From positions 97,118-161,117 of the forward strand of contig JAIOOX010000002.1 of assembly GCA_021414225.1 (NCBI GenBank): a DNA stretch of 64,000 nt. The letters run 5' to 3'. How positions within the stretch are numbered: the stretch's first letter is position 1; every line of letters begins with the position of its first letter. Both the position numbers and the translations under genes were made by a program. Of this stretch, positions 36,446 to 45,237 are shown in pieces. This stretch comes from Candidatus Vogelbacteria bacterium. Lineage in GTDB: Bacteria; Patescibacteriota; Minisyncoccia; Phycocordibacterales; XYD1-FULL-46-19. Below the pieces are notes generated by a model, which was given only the letters and a program-made list of their open reading frames with translations, ran no database searches and was not told the DNA's origin.

Positions 36446-37141
36446 ATGTCGCCTCAACTGGCTTTAAAAAGATTAAGTAATAAAAATCGGGCCAAGATCT
36501 CAGTTTCTTTTTTTAAGACTGGACCAGGTCAGTATGGTGAAGGTGATATTTTTATGGGGGTGTCAGTGCCTGAGACCAGGCGAGTTGCTAAGCAATTTTC
36601 CAAGTTGTCTCTACTGGAAGTTAAGAAATTACTCCAGAGCAAGATTCACGAAGAGCGATTACTAGCCTTATTAATCTTGGTTGAGCAATTTAATCATGGT
36701 GGTAGCCAAACTAGGACTAAGATCTTCAATTTTTACCAACAAAATATTAAACAAGTTAATAATTGGGATTTGGTTGATTTGTCAGCCGATAAAATAGTTG
36801 GTGCCTATCTCTTAGATAAACCAAAAGATTGGTTGGATGTATTGGCTAAGTCTAAGAACTTATGGGAGAGACGAATTGCGATTGTATCGACTTTTTACTT
36901 TATTAAACAAAATAAATTTGATAAAACTTTCGCTCTAGCTGAAATTTTATTAAATGATACTCATGATTTAATTCACAAAGCAGTTGGTTGGATGTTGCGA
37001 GAGATTGGTAAAAGAAATGAATTGGTTTTAGAAAAATTCTTAAACAAACATTATCAGCAAATGCCTAGGACGATGTTGCGTTATGCAATTGAAAGATTGG
37101 AAGAAAATAAAAGGTTGGCTTATTTAAAAAATAATATATGA
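36446..37141 (+). CDS. DNA alkylation repair protein (AlkD/AlkC-like HEAT-repeat glycosylase)
   Basis: FKTGPGQYGEGDIFMGVSVPETRRVAK, NNWDLVDLSADKIVG and WERRIAIVSTF match the AlkD-family repeats. Confidence 0.7.
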   Translation: MSPQLALKRLSNKNRAKISVSFFKTGPGQYGEGDIFMGVSVPETRRVAKQFSKLSLLEVKKLLQSKIHEERLLALLILVEQFNHGGSQTRTKIFNFYQQNIKQVNNWDLVDLSADKIVGAYLLDKPKDWLDVLAKSKNLWERRIAIVSTFYFIKQNKFDKTFALAEILLNDTHDLIHKAVGWMLREIGKRNELVLEKFLNKHYQQMPRTMLRYAIERLEENKRLAYLKNNI

Positions 37142-37485
37142 CCTCATCAGAATTTTGTGATTATGTAGTTTATGATTTATTGGCCCACATGTCTGGAGTG
37201 ACTTTCAAGCGGATGTTTAGTGGGTTTGGTTTATATCTAGATGGAGTAGTTTTTGGGATTATTGCCGATGGAGAATTGTATTTTAAAGTTGATGAAACAA
37301 ATCGGGTTAAATATGAATTAGCCGGTAGTCACCCCTTTGTTTATTTTAATGGTAAAAAAGATACAACCTTGTCTTATTGGCAGGTGCCGGCGGAAATTTT
37401 GGAACAACCAAGGGAATTGGAAGAGTGGGTGTTGGATTCGGTGCAAATAAATTTACTCAAAACGAAAAAAGAAAAGAAAAAATAA
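37138..37485 (+). CDS. TfoX/Sxy N-terminal-domain protein
   Basis: The TfoX_N pattern VTFKRMFSGFGLYLDGVVFGIIADGELYFKVDE. Confidence 0.65.
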   Translation: MTSSEFCDYVVYDLLAHMSGVTFKRMFSGFGLYLDGVVFGIIADGELYFKVDETNRVKYELAGSHPFVYFNGKKDTTLSYWQVPAEILEQPRELEEWVLDSVQINLLKTKKEKKK

Positions 37486-37549
37486 TTTTATAAAAATGAT
37501 ATCCAGTGTTTATCTTTGGTGTCTCTTTAAAAATCATTTACAATAAGTA

Positions 37550-38827
37550 GTGATGAAAGTGGCTTCAACTAAATCGGTGTCTACTAAACCGCATATTGTT
37601 GTGTTGGGGGCCGGTTTTGGTGGTCTGTATACGGTTAAAGAATTGTTATGGTATTTTAAAGATGAAGAAGTTGATATTACCATAGTAAATCAAACTAATT
37701 ATTTTTTGTTTACGCCTATGCTTCATGAAGTGGCGACTGGGAGTGTTGGTCATCATCAAGTAGTTGAGTCGTTGAGAGAGCTTTTGTATCGCACTACAGT
37801 AAAATTGGTGGTGAGTGAAGTGGGCTCTATTGATTTAGCAAAAAAAACAGTTAGTACCAAACAAGGTTTAATTAATTTTGATTATTTAGTAGTAGCCCTG
37901 GGTTCGACGACTAATTTTTATGGTGTACCAGGAGCGGATAAATACACTTTAACTCTTAAAGATTTGCGTAATGCTATCACTTTACGCGCCCGAATTATTG
38001 AATCGTTTGAGAAGGCGGCCAATACTACAGATAAAGTTAAACGAAAGGAATTACTAACTTTTGGGGTGATTGGTGGCGGTCCGACTGGAGTAGAATTGGT
38101 AGCGGAAATGGCGGAATTGTTTTGGGATAATATGATCAATCTCTACCCTAATGTTTTTAAACCTAGTGAAATTAGATTATATTTGTTTTCTCAAGCGCCA
38201 GAATTACTGACTCAATTGCACCAATCCTTAAGGCAAGAAGCTTTACGGGTTTTAAAAGATAGGGGAATAGATGTTCATCTGGCTTCGACTATTATTGAAG
38301 TTAAAAAAGATGGGGTAATGTTGGCTGGCAAAACTTTTATTAAAATGGGGACTATTATCTGGACGGCTGGGACCACTCCCAATACCCCTAAATTTAAACA
38401 AGAAGTAGCTCTTGATCCTGGGCGTCGGCTAATGGCTAATAACTTTTTGCAAATGACCGGTTGGGCTAATGTTTATACTTTAGGTGACGTGGCTTCAGTT
38501 ATTGATTCTAAATCTGGTAAACCACTCCCAATGTTAGCTCAAGTGGCGGTTCGCCAAGCTGATACGGTAGCTTACAATTTGGCGGAAGAGATTCGTGGGA
38601 CTAAAAATTTTCAATCTTTTAAATATCGATCAATGGGTTCGCTGGTGTCGCTGGGTCAATGGAATGCGGTGGCTGAGATGATGTTTCTAAGGTTTTCCGG
38701 CCGGGTAGCTTGGTATTTATGGCGCACTATTTATCTGTTTAAATTTATTTCTTGGGAAAAGCGTTTCAAAATTGCTTTAGATTGGACGTTGGGTATTTTC
38801 TCTTATCGCGATATTACTAAAGCCTAA
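37550..38827 (+). CDS. ndh: type II NADH dehydrogenase (NDH-2)
   Basis: Two dinucleotide folds (HIVVLGAGFGGL and FGVIGGGPTGVE), the motif IWTAGTTP, and a C-terminal membrane-anchor helix. Confidence 0.8.
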   Translation: MMKVASTKSVSTKPHIVVLGAGFGGLYTVKELLWYFKDEEVDITIVNQTNYFLFTPMLHEVATGSVGHHQVVESLRELLYRTTVKLVVSEVGSIDLAKKTVSTKQGLINFDYLVVALGSTTNFYGVPGADKYTLTLKDLRNAITLRARIIESFEKAANTTDKVKRKELLTFGVIGGGPTGVELVAEMAELFWDNMINLYPNVFKPSEIRLYLFSQAPELLTQLHQSLRQEALRVLKDRGIDVHLASTIIEVKKDGVMLAGKTFIKMGTIIWTAGTTPNTPKFKQEVALDPGRRLMANNFLQMTGWANVYTLGDVASVIDSKSGKPLPMLAQVAVRQADTVAYNLAEEIRGTKNFQSFKYRSMGSLVSLGQWNAVAEMMFLRFSGRVAWYLWRTIYLFKFISWEKRFKIALDWTLGIFSYRDITKA

Positions 38828-38839
38828 TTTAAATATTAT

Positions 38840-39244
38840 ATGGATAAAGAAGAGTTGAGGCAGAGGTTAACTCCAGAGCAGTATACTGTCACTCAAGAAA
38901 AGGGAACGGAAGCTCCCTTTACTGGTCAGTATGTAAGTACTAAAGATTCTGGGATGTATAACTGTATTGTTTGTGGAGCGAAACTATTTGATTCTAATAC
39001 CAAATTTGATTCAGGGACTGGTTGGCCGAGTTTTGATCAGGCTTTACCGGGAGCAGTAAAAGAAATCTCAGACGAAAGTCACGGTATGATTCGGACTGAA
39101 GTGGTTTGCAATAATTGTGGCGCTCATTTAGGTCACGTATTCAATGACGGACCAAAAGACCCTTCGATAGGCTCAGGGCAAGTAACTGGTAAGCGGTTTT
39201 GTATTAACTCTTGTTCACTTGATTTGAAAACGGAAGAAAAATAA
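38840..39244 (+). CDS. msrB: peptide-methionine (R)-S-oxide reductase
   Basis: Two CxxC pairs ([25 protein letters not shown]) plus the GWPSF active-site region. Confidence 0.9.
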   Translation: MDKEELRQRLTPEQYTVTQEKGTEAPFTGQYVSTKDSGMYNCIVCGAKLFDSNTKFDSGTGWPSFDQALPGAVKEISDESHGMIRTEVVCNNCGAHLGHVFNDGPKDPSIGSGQVTGKRFCINSCSLDLKTEEK

Positions 39245-39246
39245 GC

Positions 39247-39285
39247 GCCTCGCGAACTGGGAAGTTCGCGAGGCTGTGGGTGTTT
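39247..39285. terminator. bidirectional GC hairpin (12-bp stem)
   Basis: GCCTCGCGAACT-ggga-AGTTCGCGAGGC, between the convergent msrB and a minus-strand small ORF. Confidence 0.6.
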
Positions 39286-39295
39286 GGAGTGAAGT

Positions 39296-39529
39296 TTATA
39301 CAAAATACAACATCTCCATACTGGTTTTTTCTTGGTAGAGCCTTTCCAGCTCAGCTATGGCTGGTTTTATTTGATCCGTTAATTCCTCTCGTTGCTCGTC
39401 GGCAGACTCAAGGAACATCTCGAGTGACCAAATTCGGAAACCGATAAGCAGGAGCTGGAGACATATTATCGGATGGTAAAACATAAAGTTCTTCCCCCTA
39501 TGGTTGTTGTCTATAGGTTCTAATACCAA
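39296..39529 (-). CDS. hypothetical small protein (TTG start; alternative 62-aa form from internal ATG with GGGGGAAG RBS)
   Basis: The minus-strand ORF begins MVLEPIDNNH... and has an N-terminal hydrophobic helix and an acidic C-terminus. It lies between two hairpin terminators. Confidence 0.3.
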   Translation of the reverse strand: MVLEPIDNNHRGKNFMFYHPIICLQLLLIGFRIWSLEMFLESADEQREELTDQIKPAIAELERLYQEKTSMEMLYFV

Positions 39530-39573
39530 TAATAACTTTACAAGGACTAAAGTTTTAAGTCAATTTAACTAAA

Positions 39574-39612
39574 AGAAAAAAACCGTTCCCGCGAAGATGA
39601 TCGCGGGAACGG
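39574..39612 (-). terminator. rho-independent terminator on minus strand
   Basis: CCGTTCCCGCGA-tcatct-TCGCGGGAACGG, followed on the minus strand by a run of seven T. It directly follows the stop of the +1-frame continuation of the bS20-like ORF. Confidence 0.8.
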
Positions 39613-39619
39613 CCGTATG

Positions 39620-39993
39620 AGTGCGGCGGTTATGATGGAAGTCCTTCTCGGCGCATTCTGGCTTCTAGATTACGGAGTTTCCGTTTCAGGTTGCCAGAGC
39701 CAGATTCCTGGACCTTTTTCAACAAGGTCCTGTGGCGACCCAAGATCTTTCTCTGTTTATGCAGCTGATTCTTGGTTGGCGACATCGGCCCCTCCTTTGA
39801 GTTTATCGAGCTTCTTTTTCATCGATCTTTCTGCTGTCTGGAGACGAATTTTGTTCTCCACATTTCGACGTGGGTTGCCCCACTTGCTTTCGATGTTGGC
39901 ATTGATGATAACTAGTTCTTTTTGGATCCTCCTCAGTTCCATTTCCCAGAACCAAATCATTAGCCAATTTCTAAGACTCAACATCCACTTCAT
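39620..39993 (-). pseudogene. rpsT: bS20-like ribosomal protein gene with apparent +1 frame disruption
   Basis: Frame A (39757..39993, GGAGGAAG RBS) encodes ...INANIESKWGNPRRNVENKIRLQTAERSMKKKLDKLKGGADVANQESAA-stop. This resembles the S20 N-terminus (ANIKSAKKR...RRSMMRTFIKKV...AIEAGDKAAA). The +1 frame continues without a stop (KNQLHKQRKILGRHRTLLKKVQ...EGLPS) to 39620, immediately before the terminator, resembling the S20 C-terminus (GLIHKNKAARHKANL). GC is higher than the surroundings. Confidence 0.4.
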
Positions 39994-40111
39994 CCTGACA
40001 CTTCCTCCATGGTTACTGTGTCGGTCCTTTGAGACTATACATATTTAATAAAACAAAGTCAATTATACTAAAATATTTTGAATCAATTATCAAACGCGCT
40101 ATAATTTCTCT

Positions 40112-41293
40112 ATGTCTGAACAAGAAACTCTTATCGCGGAAATTTTAACCCGCAGTGTTGATAATATTGTCGATCGGGCTCATCTAGAAGCTCGTCTCAA
40201 AGCCGGTGAAAAATTAAGAGTAAAATTAGGTATCGATCCAACTAGTCCCAATCTTCACATCGGCCGAGCTATCCCTTTATTAAAACTGAGGAAATTTCAA
40301 GATCTTGGTCACCAGATTATTTTTTTGATTGGTGATTTTACGGCCGTGATTGGTGACACTAGTGACAAAGACGCCGAACGACCAATGCTTTCTCGAGAGA
40401 TTGTTACAGAAAATATGCAGGCTTACTTACGCCAAGCAGAAAAGATTTTAAATATTAATTTGGTTGAAGTGGTTTATAACTCGCATTGGTTGGGTGGTTT
40501 GTTATATAACGAAATAGGCGAGCAAGCCGACGTTTTCTCTCTCAATGATTTTATTGCTCGTTCAAATATTAAAGCCCGTTTAGACAAAGGGACTCGAGTG
40601 TCTTTGCGAGAAGTATTGTATCCGATCATGCAAGGTTATGACTCTGTAGCCGTCCGAGCTGACGTGGAGTTGGGTGGGGCTGACCAATGGTTTAACTTGC
40701 TGGCCGGCCGAAAATTACAGAAACATTATGATCAAGAACCACAGGATATTCTAACGACGGTTTTAATTGAAGGTTTGGATGGCCGGAAAATGAGTTCTAG
40801 TTGGGGAAATACTATCAATCTTCTTGATGAACCAAAAGATATGTTTGGAAAAGTAATGAGTTTGCGAGATGATCTGATTGGTAAATATTTCGAACACTGT
40901 ACTACTTTGCCGGTGGCCGAAGTAAAAAAATATCAACAACAGTTAGAGCAAGGAGAAATCAACCCTCGTGACTTAAAAGAAATTTTGGCTTTAGAAATTA
41001 CCAAGTTGTATCACGGTGAAGAGGGAGCGAAAGAAGGGCAACAATATTTTCAGACTGTTTTTCGAGATAAGGGTTTACCAGAAGAGATTCCAGAAGTAAA
41101 AGTGACTAGTGCTAATATCCTCGACGTTTTAGTGGAAACAGGTTTAGTTGAAAGTAAAAGCGAGGCTCGGCGAGTGATTGACCAGGGTGGGGTGAGGATG
41201 AATGATGAGGTGGTGAAATCAGTTGATGTAGAAGTAACTCCCGAAGCCATCATTCAAAAAGGTAAGCGTCAGGTGGTGAAGGTTTTGTTATAG
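40112..41293 (+). CDS. tyrS: tyrosyl-tRNA synthetase (with C-terminal S4 domain)
   Basis: Class I HIGH-like PNLHIGRAIPL, KMSSS (the KMSKS equivalent), and a C-terminal S4-like RNA-binding domain (SEARRVIDQGGVRMNDEVV). Confidence 0.85.
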   Translation: MSEQETLIAEILTRSVDNIVDRAHLEARLKAGEKLRVKLGIDPTSPNLHIGRAIPLLKLRKFQDLGHQIIFLIGDFTAVIGDTSDKDAERPMLSREIVTENMQAYLRQAEKILNINLVEVVYNSHWLGGLLYNEIGEQADVFSLNDFIARSNIKARLDKGTRVSLREVLYPIMQGYDSVAVRADVELGGADQWFNLLAGRKLQKHYDQEPQDILTTVLIEGLDGRKMSSSWGNTINLLDEPKDMFGKVMSLRDDLIGKYFEHCTTLPVAEVKKYQQQLEQGEINPRDLKEILALEITKLYHGEEGAKEGQQYFQTVFRDKGLPEEIPEVKVTSANILDVLVETGLVESKSEARRVIDQGGVRMNDEVVKSVDVEVTPEAIIQKGKRQVVKVLL

Positions 41294-41403
41294 ACACAAA
41301 AGCCTTGCTTTTTAGTTTTAGGTGTCCCATACTATTTGCTGGCATTTAATCAGAAGGGGCCTGTCGTCCCTTTTGTGCGTTTAGTTCTTTTCAACTGGAG
41401 GGT

Positions 41404-42096
41404 GTGTGTATGTGTCGCTTTTGGTCCAAGGCTATTTTCTTGTTTTTCCTGACTGGTTGGCCTGGCACCGGCAAAGGAACTCTCTGTGGATTCCTGGCCA
41501 AAATCCCAGGTATTATCTGTCTCGAGACTTCTGGGCTTTTGCGTGACTATGCCAAAGCCCACCCGGAATCCGCAAATCAGATCTTGGGGGCAATGGACAA
41601 CGGCCTGTTGGTGCCTATCGAATTCGTGAAAGTGGCGGTCGAGGAAGGTGTTAAGGCGGCTGTTGATAATGGCCATCAATTCATCTTTCTCGACGGCTTC
41701 CCGCGAGACGAGGAGCAAGCGAGGTTGGTGTCATTGTTGAGACAATCGCTGCCTTTCAATGTTTCTTTCTGTTGGATTAATCTGTTACTCTCTCGCGACC
41801 AGGCGGAGCAGAGAATCTTTAAACGGATTGAAGAAGACCGGCTGGCTGGTCGTACTCCTCGGGCGGACGACATTGATCCTGTTAAACGAAAAATCCGTCT
41901 CGATGGCCACGAATTGAGGGCCCGTCAGGTGGATTGGGTCCTCTCCGATTTGGATGGGTCAGTCCTGGCCCAAAAGATTGACATCGACGCTACCCCAGCT
42001 CCGGGAGTAATTCTCACGGAGTGTCTTGATATCCTGATGCCTCTTGGTGTTGGCGATATCCCTGACGAAGTTATGGAGGAAATCCTGACTTCGTAA
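41404..42096 (+). CDS. adenylate-kinase-like nucleoside-monophosphate kinase (compositionally foreign)
   Basis: P-loop GWPGTGKGT, the NMP-binding region, LDGFPRDEEQA and a lid-like RIEEDRLAGRTPRADD. GC is ~52%, against ~40% in the flanks. The start is uncertain (41404 or 41410). Confidence 0.6.
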   Translation: MCMCRFWSKAIFLFFLTGWPGTGKGTLCGFLAKIPGIICLETSGLLRDYAKAHPESANQILGAMDNGLLVPIEFVKVAVEEGVKAAVDNGHQFIFLDGFPRDEEQARLVSLLRQSLPFNVSFCWINLLLSRDQAEQRIFKRIEEDRLAGRTPRADDIDPVKRKIRLDGHELRARQVDWVLSDLDGSVLAQKIDIDATPAPGVILTECLDILMPLGVGDIPDEVMEEILTS

Positions 42097-42118
42097 TTCT
42101 AGTTTTTCCCTAGTGCGT

Positions 42119-42160
42119 CCCCGCCGCCTGTTTAGACAGGCGGCGGGGATTTCTTTTTTT
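42119..42160 (+). terminator. rho-independent terminator (12-bp GC stem)
   Basis: CCCCGCCGCCTG-tttaga-CAGGCGGCGGGG followed by ATTTCTTTTTTT. Confidence 0.85.
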
Positions 42161-42219
42161 ATTAATAAGTTTCTGGAAGTCTGATAAACAAAAAGCTTTT
42201 TTTATGCTAGAATCCGCCA

Positions 42220-42744
42220 ATGAAAGTAACTCTATTTGGTTTAGCGGGAACAGGGACATCTAGTACTGGTAAAGCGGTGGCTGATAAGTTGGGCTTGGAA
42301 TTTTTGTCGACCGGCAATATGTTTAGGGCTCAAGCCAAGGAATTGGGTTTAACTATTAATGAATTAGATAAACTGTCTTTGACTGATCCGGTCTACGATA
42401 AGATGTTGGATCAAAAAATAGCTGACTATGGTAAAAATAATGATGATTTTATAATTGAAAGCCGAATGGCTTGGTTTTTTGTTCCAGATTCAATCAAGAT
42501 TAAATTACACTGTGATTTTGATACTCGGTTAGCTAGAGTGGCTAGTCGTGATGATGTGTCTTTAGATGATGCTCGCCGGCTAACCCTTGAGAGGGAAGAT
42601 GCTATTTTTGACCGTTATGCTCGATATTATGGGGTGACTGATTGTCAGGCTGACGTTAATTTTGATTTAGTGATTGAAAATACTAATCTGCCATTTAGTG
42701 AAGTTGTCGATCGAGTGATTGATTTTATTGATCAACAGCGTTAA
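42220..42744 (+). CDS. cmk: cytidylate kinase (short (d)CMP kinase type)
   Basis: P-loop LFGLAGTGTSSTGK, FRAQAKELGL and IIESRMA, as in short-form CMP kinases. Confidence 0.65.
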   Translation: MKVTLFGLAGTGTSSTGKAVADKLGLEFLSTGNMFRAQAKELGLTINELDKLSLTDPVYDKMLDQKIADYGKNNDDFIIESRMAWFFVPDSIKIKLHCDFDTRLARVASRDDVSLDDARRLTLEREDAIFDRYARYYGVTDCQADVNFDLVIENTNLPFSEVVDRVIDFIDQQR

Positions 42745-42755
42745 TATTTTTCCAT

Positions 42756-43634
42756 ATGGAGTACCAAGTTTTACTTTACTATAAATATATAACCATTGAT
42801 AATCCTGAAGAGCTGATGTTGGCTCATAAGGAATTTGGTAAAACCCACAATCTCAAGGGGCGAATTATTATTGCTAAGGAAGGTATCAATGGAACTTTGG
42901 AAGGCGCTTTGGCTGATACACAAGCTTATGAACAGTGGCTAACAGCTGACCCGCGTTTTGCTGATATGTGGTTTAAACGTAGTCCTGGTACGGGAGAGGC
43001 TTTTCCCAAGTTATCTGTTAAAGTGCGACCAGAAATAGTTAGTCTTCATTTAGGAGAAGAAGATTTTAACCCGGCCGAGTTTACTGCCCCTCATTTGCCA
43101 GCGGAGAAGCTACACGAATGGTTAGAACAAGGGGAAGACTTGGTTATTATTGATATGCGCAATCAGTATGAAATGAAAGTGGGTAGATTTGCTGACTCGG
43201 TTTTACCGCCACTTAATAATTTTAGAGACTTACGACAAGTGGTAGATGATCTACAAGAATTTAAAGACAAAAAAGTAGTGCCTATCTGTACTGGTGGAGT
43301 ACGCTGCGAAAAGGCGTCTGGGTATTTATTAAAAAAAGGTTTTAAAGATGTTTATCAGTTGGAAGGAGGGATTGTAACCTACATGGAAAAATTTCCGATG
43401 GGTCATTTTAAAGGCAAACTTTATGTTTTTGATAATCGATTAGTGATGGGAATGCCTGGTGGTGAGGGGCAAGAGGTGATCGGTAAGTGTGACATCTGTG
43501 GTGATCCATCCGAAAAATATATCAATTGTGCTAATCAAACTTGCCACGACCATATTATTATTTGTGATACTTGTTTTGAAAAATCACCAACCTGCTCTAA
43601 AACTTGTGCCGAAGCAATAATGGCGACCGTCTAA
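42756..43634 (+). CDS. trhO: tRNA uridine(34) hydroxylase TrhO (UPF0176 rhodanese-like)
   Basis: N-terminal YYKY motif and a rhodanese domain with catalytic Cys in CTGGVRCEKAS. A Cys-rich C-terminal tail is present. Confidence 0.75.
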   Translation: MEYQVLLYYKYITIDNPEELMLAHKEFGKTHNLKGRIIIAKEGINGTLEGALADTQAYEQWLTADPRFADMWFKRSPGTGEAFPKLSVKVRPEIVSLHLGEEDFNPAEFTAPHLPAEKLHEWLEQGEDLVIIDMRNQYEMKVGRFADSVLPPLNNFRDLRQVVDDLQEFKDKKVVPICTGGVRCEKASGYLLKKGFKDVYQLEGGIVTYMEKFPMGHFKGKLYVFDNRLVMGMPGGEGQEVIGKCDICGDPSEKYINCANQTCHDHIIICDTCFEKSPTCSKTCAEAIMATV

Positions 43635-43640
43635 AGCTGT

Positions 43641-44834
43641 ATGTCTCCAATAAAATTTACTAATTTAAAAACTTTACCCAATGGCCTTGGGCGAGCTGGG
43701 GTAATTCATACTCCCCATGGTGATATTGAAACACCAGCATTTGTGGTGGTGGGTACTAAAGCCACAGTTAAAGCTCTGACTCCAGAACAAGTGGCTACTC
43801 TGGGAACTCAGGTTACCTTGGCTAATACTTATCATTTATATTTACAACCCGGTGATGAGATTGTGGCTCAGGCTGGTGGTTTGCATTGCTTTATGAATTG
43901 GCCAGGTCCAATGATGACTGACTCGGGAGGTTTTCAGGTCTTTTCCTTAGGAGCTGCTTATGGTGAAGGTGGTGTAACTAAGTTTGCTAAAAAGGGTAAT
44001 CAAGGGGTGGACAGAGATCCGGTCGAGGTGGCGGCTAAACTAGCTAAAATAGATGATGATGGGGTAACTTTTCGATCGCATATTGATGGTAGTGAACACC
44101 GCTTCACCCCTGAAAGCTCGATCAAGATTCAACATAATCTGGGTGCTGATATTATTTTTGCTTTTGATGAATGTACTTCACCAAACGCTGATTATAATTA
44201 TCAAAAAGAAGCAATGAACAGGACTCATGCTTGGGCGGAGCGTAGTTTGGCAGAGCATCAACGTCTAGGGGATGAAAAACAAGGTTTGTTTGGTATTGTT
44301 CAAGGTGGTAAATATCAAGATTTGCGAGAAGAGTCGGCTAGAGTGATAGGTGGGATGGATTTTGCTGGTTTCGGGATTGGTGGTTCATTTGATAAAGAGG
44401 ATATTGGACAATCTGTAGCGGTGGTTAATGCTATTTTACCAGCTGACAAACCAAGACATTTGTTAGGAATTGGGGAAGTGGAGGACTTAATTTTGGGAGT
44501 GGAAAATGGCATTGATACCTTTGATTGCGTGGCACCTACTCGGATGGCCAGAAATGGAGCCCTGCAAACAAAGACTGGGCGGATCAATATTCGCAATGCT
44601 GAATATAAAGCTGATTTTACACCGATTGAAGCCGACTGTGGTTGTTATACTTGTCAGAACTATACGAAAGCTTATTTGTCACATTTATTTAGAGCTGAGG
44701 AAATGGTGGCTGGGACTTTGGCTTCGATCCATAATTTGTATTTTTCAGTTAATTTAGTAAAACAGTTACGCCGGGCGATTTTAGATGATAATTTTGAGGA
44801 AGTGAAAAATAATATTTTGACTAGACGTAAATAA
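43641..44834 (+). CDS. tgt: queuine tRNA-ribosyltransferase
   Basis: TDSGGFQVFSL, LGIGE..., the zinc site CxCxxC...H (CGCYTCQNY...H), plus the LHTPHG region. Confidence 0.9.
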   Translation: MSPIKFTNLKTLPNGLGRAGVIHTPHGDIETPAFVVVGTKATVKALTPEQVATLGTQVTLANTYHLYLQPGDEIVAQAGGLHCFMNWPGPMMTDSGGFQVFSLGAAYGEGGVTKFAKKGNQGVDRDPVEVAAKLAKIDDDGVTFRSHIDGSEHRFTPESSIKIQHNLGADIIFAFDECTSPNADYNYQKEAMNRTHAWAERSLAEHQRLGDEKQGLFGIVQGGKYQDLREESARVIGGMDFAGFGIGGSFDKEDIGQSVAVVNAILPADKPRHLLGIGEVEDLILGVENGIDTFDCVAPTRMARNGALQTKTGRINIRNAEYKADFTPIEADCGCYTCQNYTKAYLSHLFRAEEMVAGTLASIHNLYFSVNLVKQLRRAILDDNFEEVKNNILTRRK

Positions 44835-44923
44835 AGTTTCTTTATTTAGCATAAGTACCGTTGCTTTTTCGGTGTTTTGTGTTTAAATAGGGTCGGATTA
44901 TTGAATACCCTAGGAGATCTCTG

Positions 44924-45031
44924 ATGAGGTGGAAATTGGTGGCTTTGTTTTACGCTGCTACTCACACTGTGTGGGTAGTAATACTCTTTGTGCAGTCGGG
45001 CATCTGGATCTCCAGGTACCCACCAAAATAG
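44924..45031 (+). CDS. small hydrophobic peptide (35 aa), first of a tandem pair
   Basis: An AGGAGA Shine-Dalgarno lies 7 nt upstream. The product MRWKLVALFYAATHTVWVVILFVQSGIWISRYPPK has a single TM helix and a basic/Pro C-terminus. It is absent from the ORF track, which uses a 60-aa cutoff. Confidence 0.3.
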   Translation: MRWKLVALFYAATHTVWVVILFVQSGIWISRYPPK

Positions 45032-45041
45032 GGACTTTGAT

Positions 45042-45161
45042 ATGAGAATGGTCTTAAAGGCGGTATGGACGTGCTTTGTGCTAGTCTGTGGGCTAGCGCT
45101 CATGGTTGTACTATCTTTAGGCTACTACTTGTTGAGTGGCCACAAAGTCGAGAGGGGGTGA
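45042..45161 (+). CDS. small hydrophobic peptide (39 aa), second of a tandem pair
   Basis: MRMVLKAVWTCFVLVCGLALMVVLSLGYYLLSGHKVERG, followed at 45179-45219 by a hairpin (GGGTCGG...CCGACCC) and a T-run. The same MR-start, single-TM, charged-tail architecture as the first peptide. Confidence 0.3.
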   Translation: MRMVLKAVWTCFVLVCGLALMVVLSLGYYLLSGHKVERG

Positions 45162-45237
45162 GTTTTGTTTACTTCAAAGGGTCGGTGGAGCTGAGTGCTT
45201 CCCCGACCCGTTAGTTTTTGTTAGATTAAGATAACTA

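Noticed and set aside
39620-39993. Alternative identities for the minus-strand basic ORF: bS21, bL34/bL35, IS3 OrfA
   Set aside because: The sequence pattern (ANIxS...RSM...HK...RHK) fits bS20 better than these. No inverted repeats or DDE transposase remnants are visible.
44846-45103. ORF-track minus-strand ORF 44846..45103 (85 aa)
   Set aside because: It has no RBS and lies antisense to two SD-led plus-strand mini-ORFs that are followed by a terminator. It is more likely an artefact.
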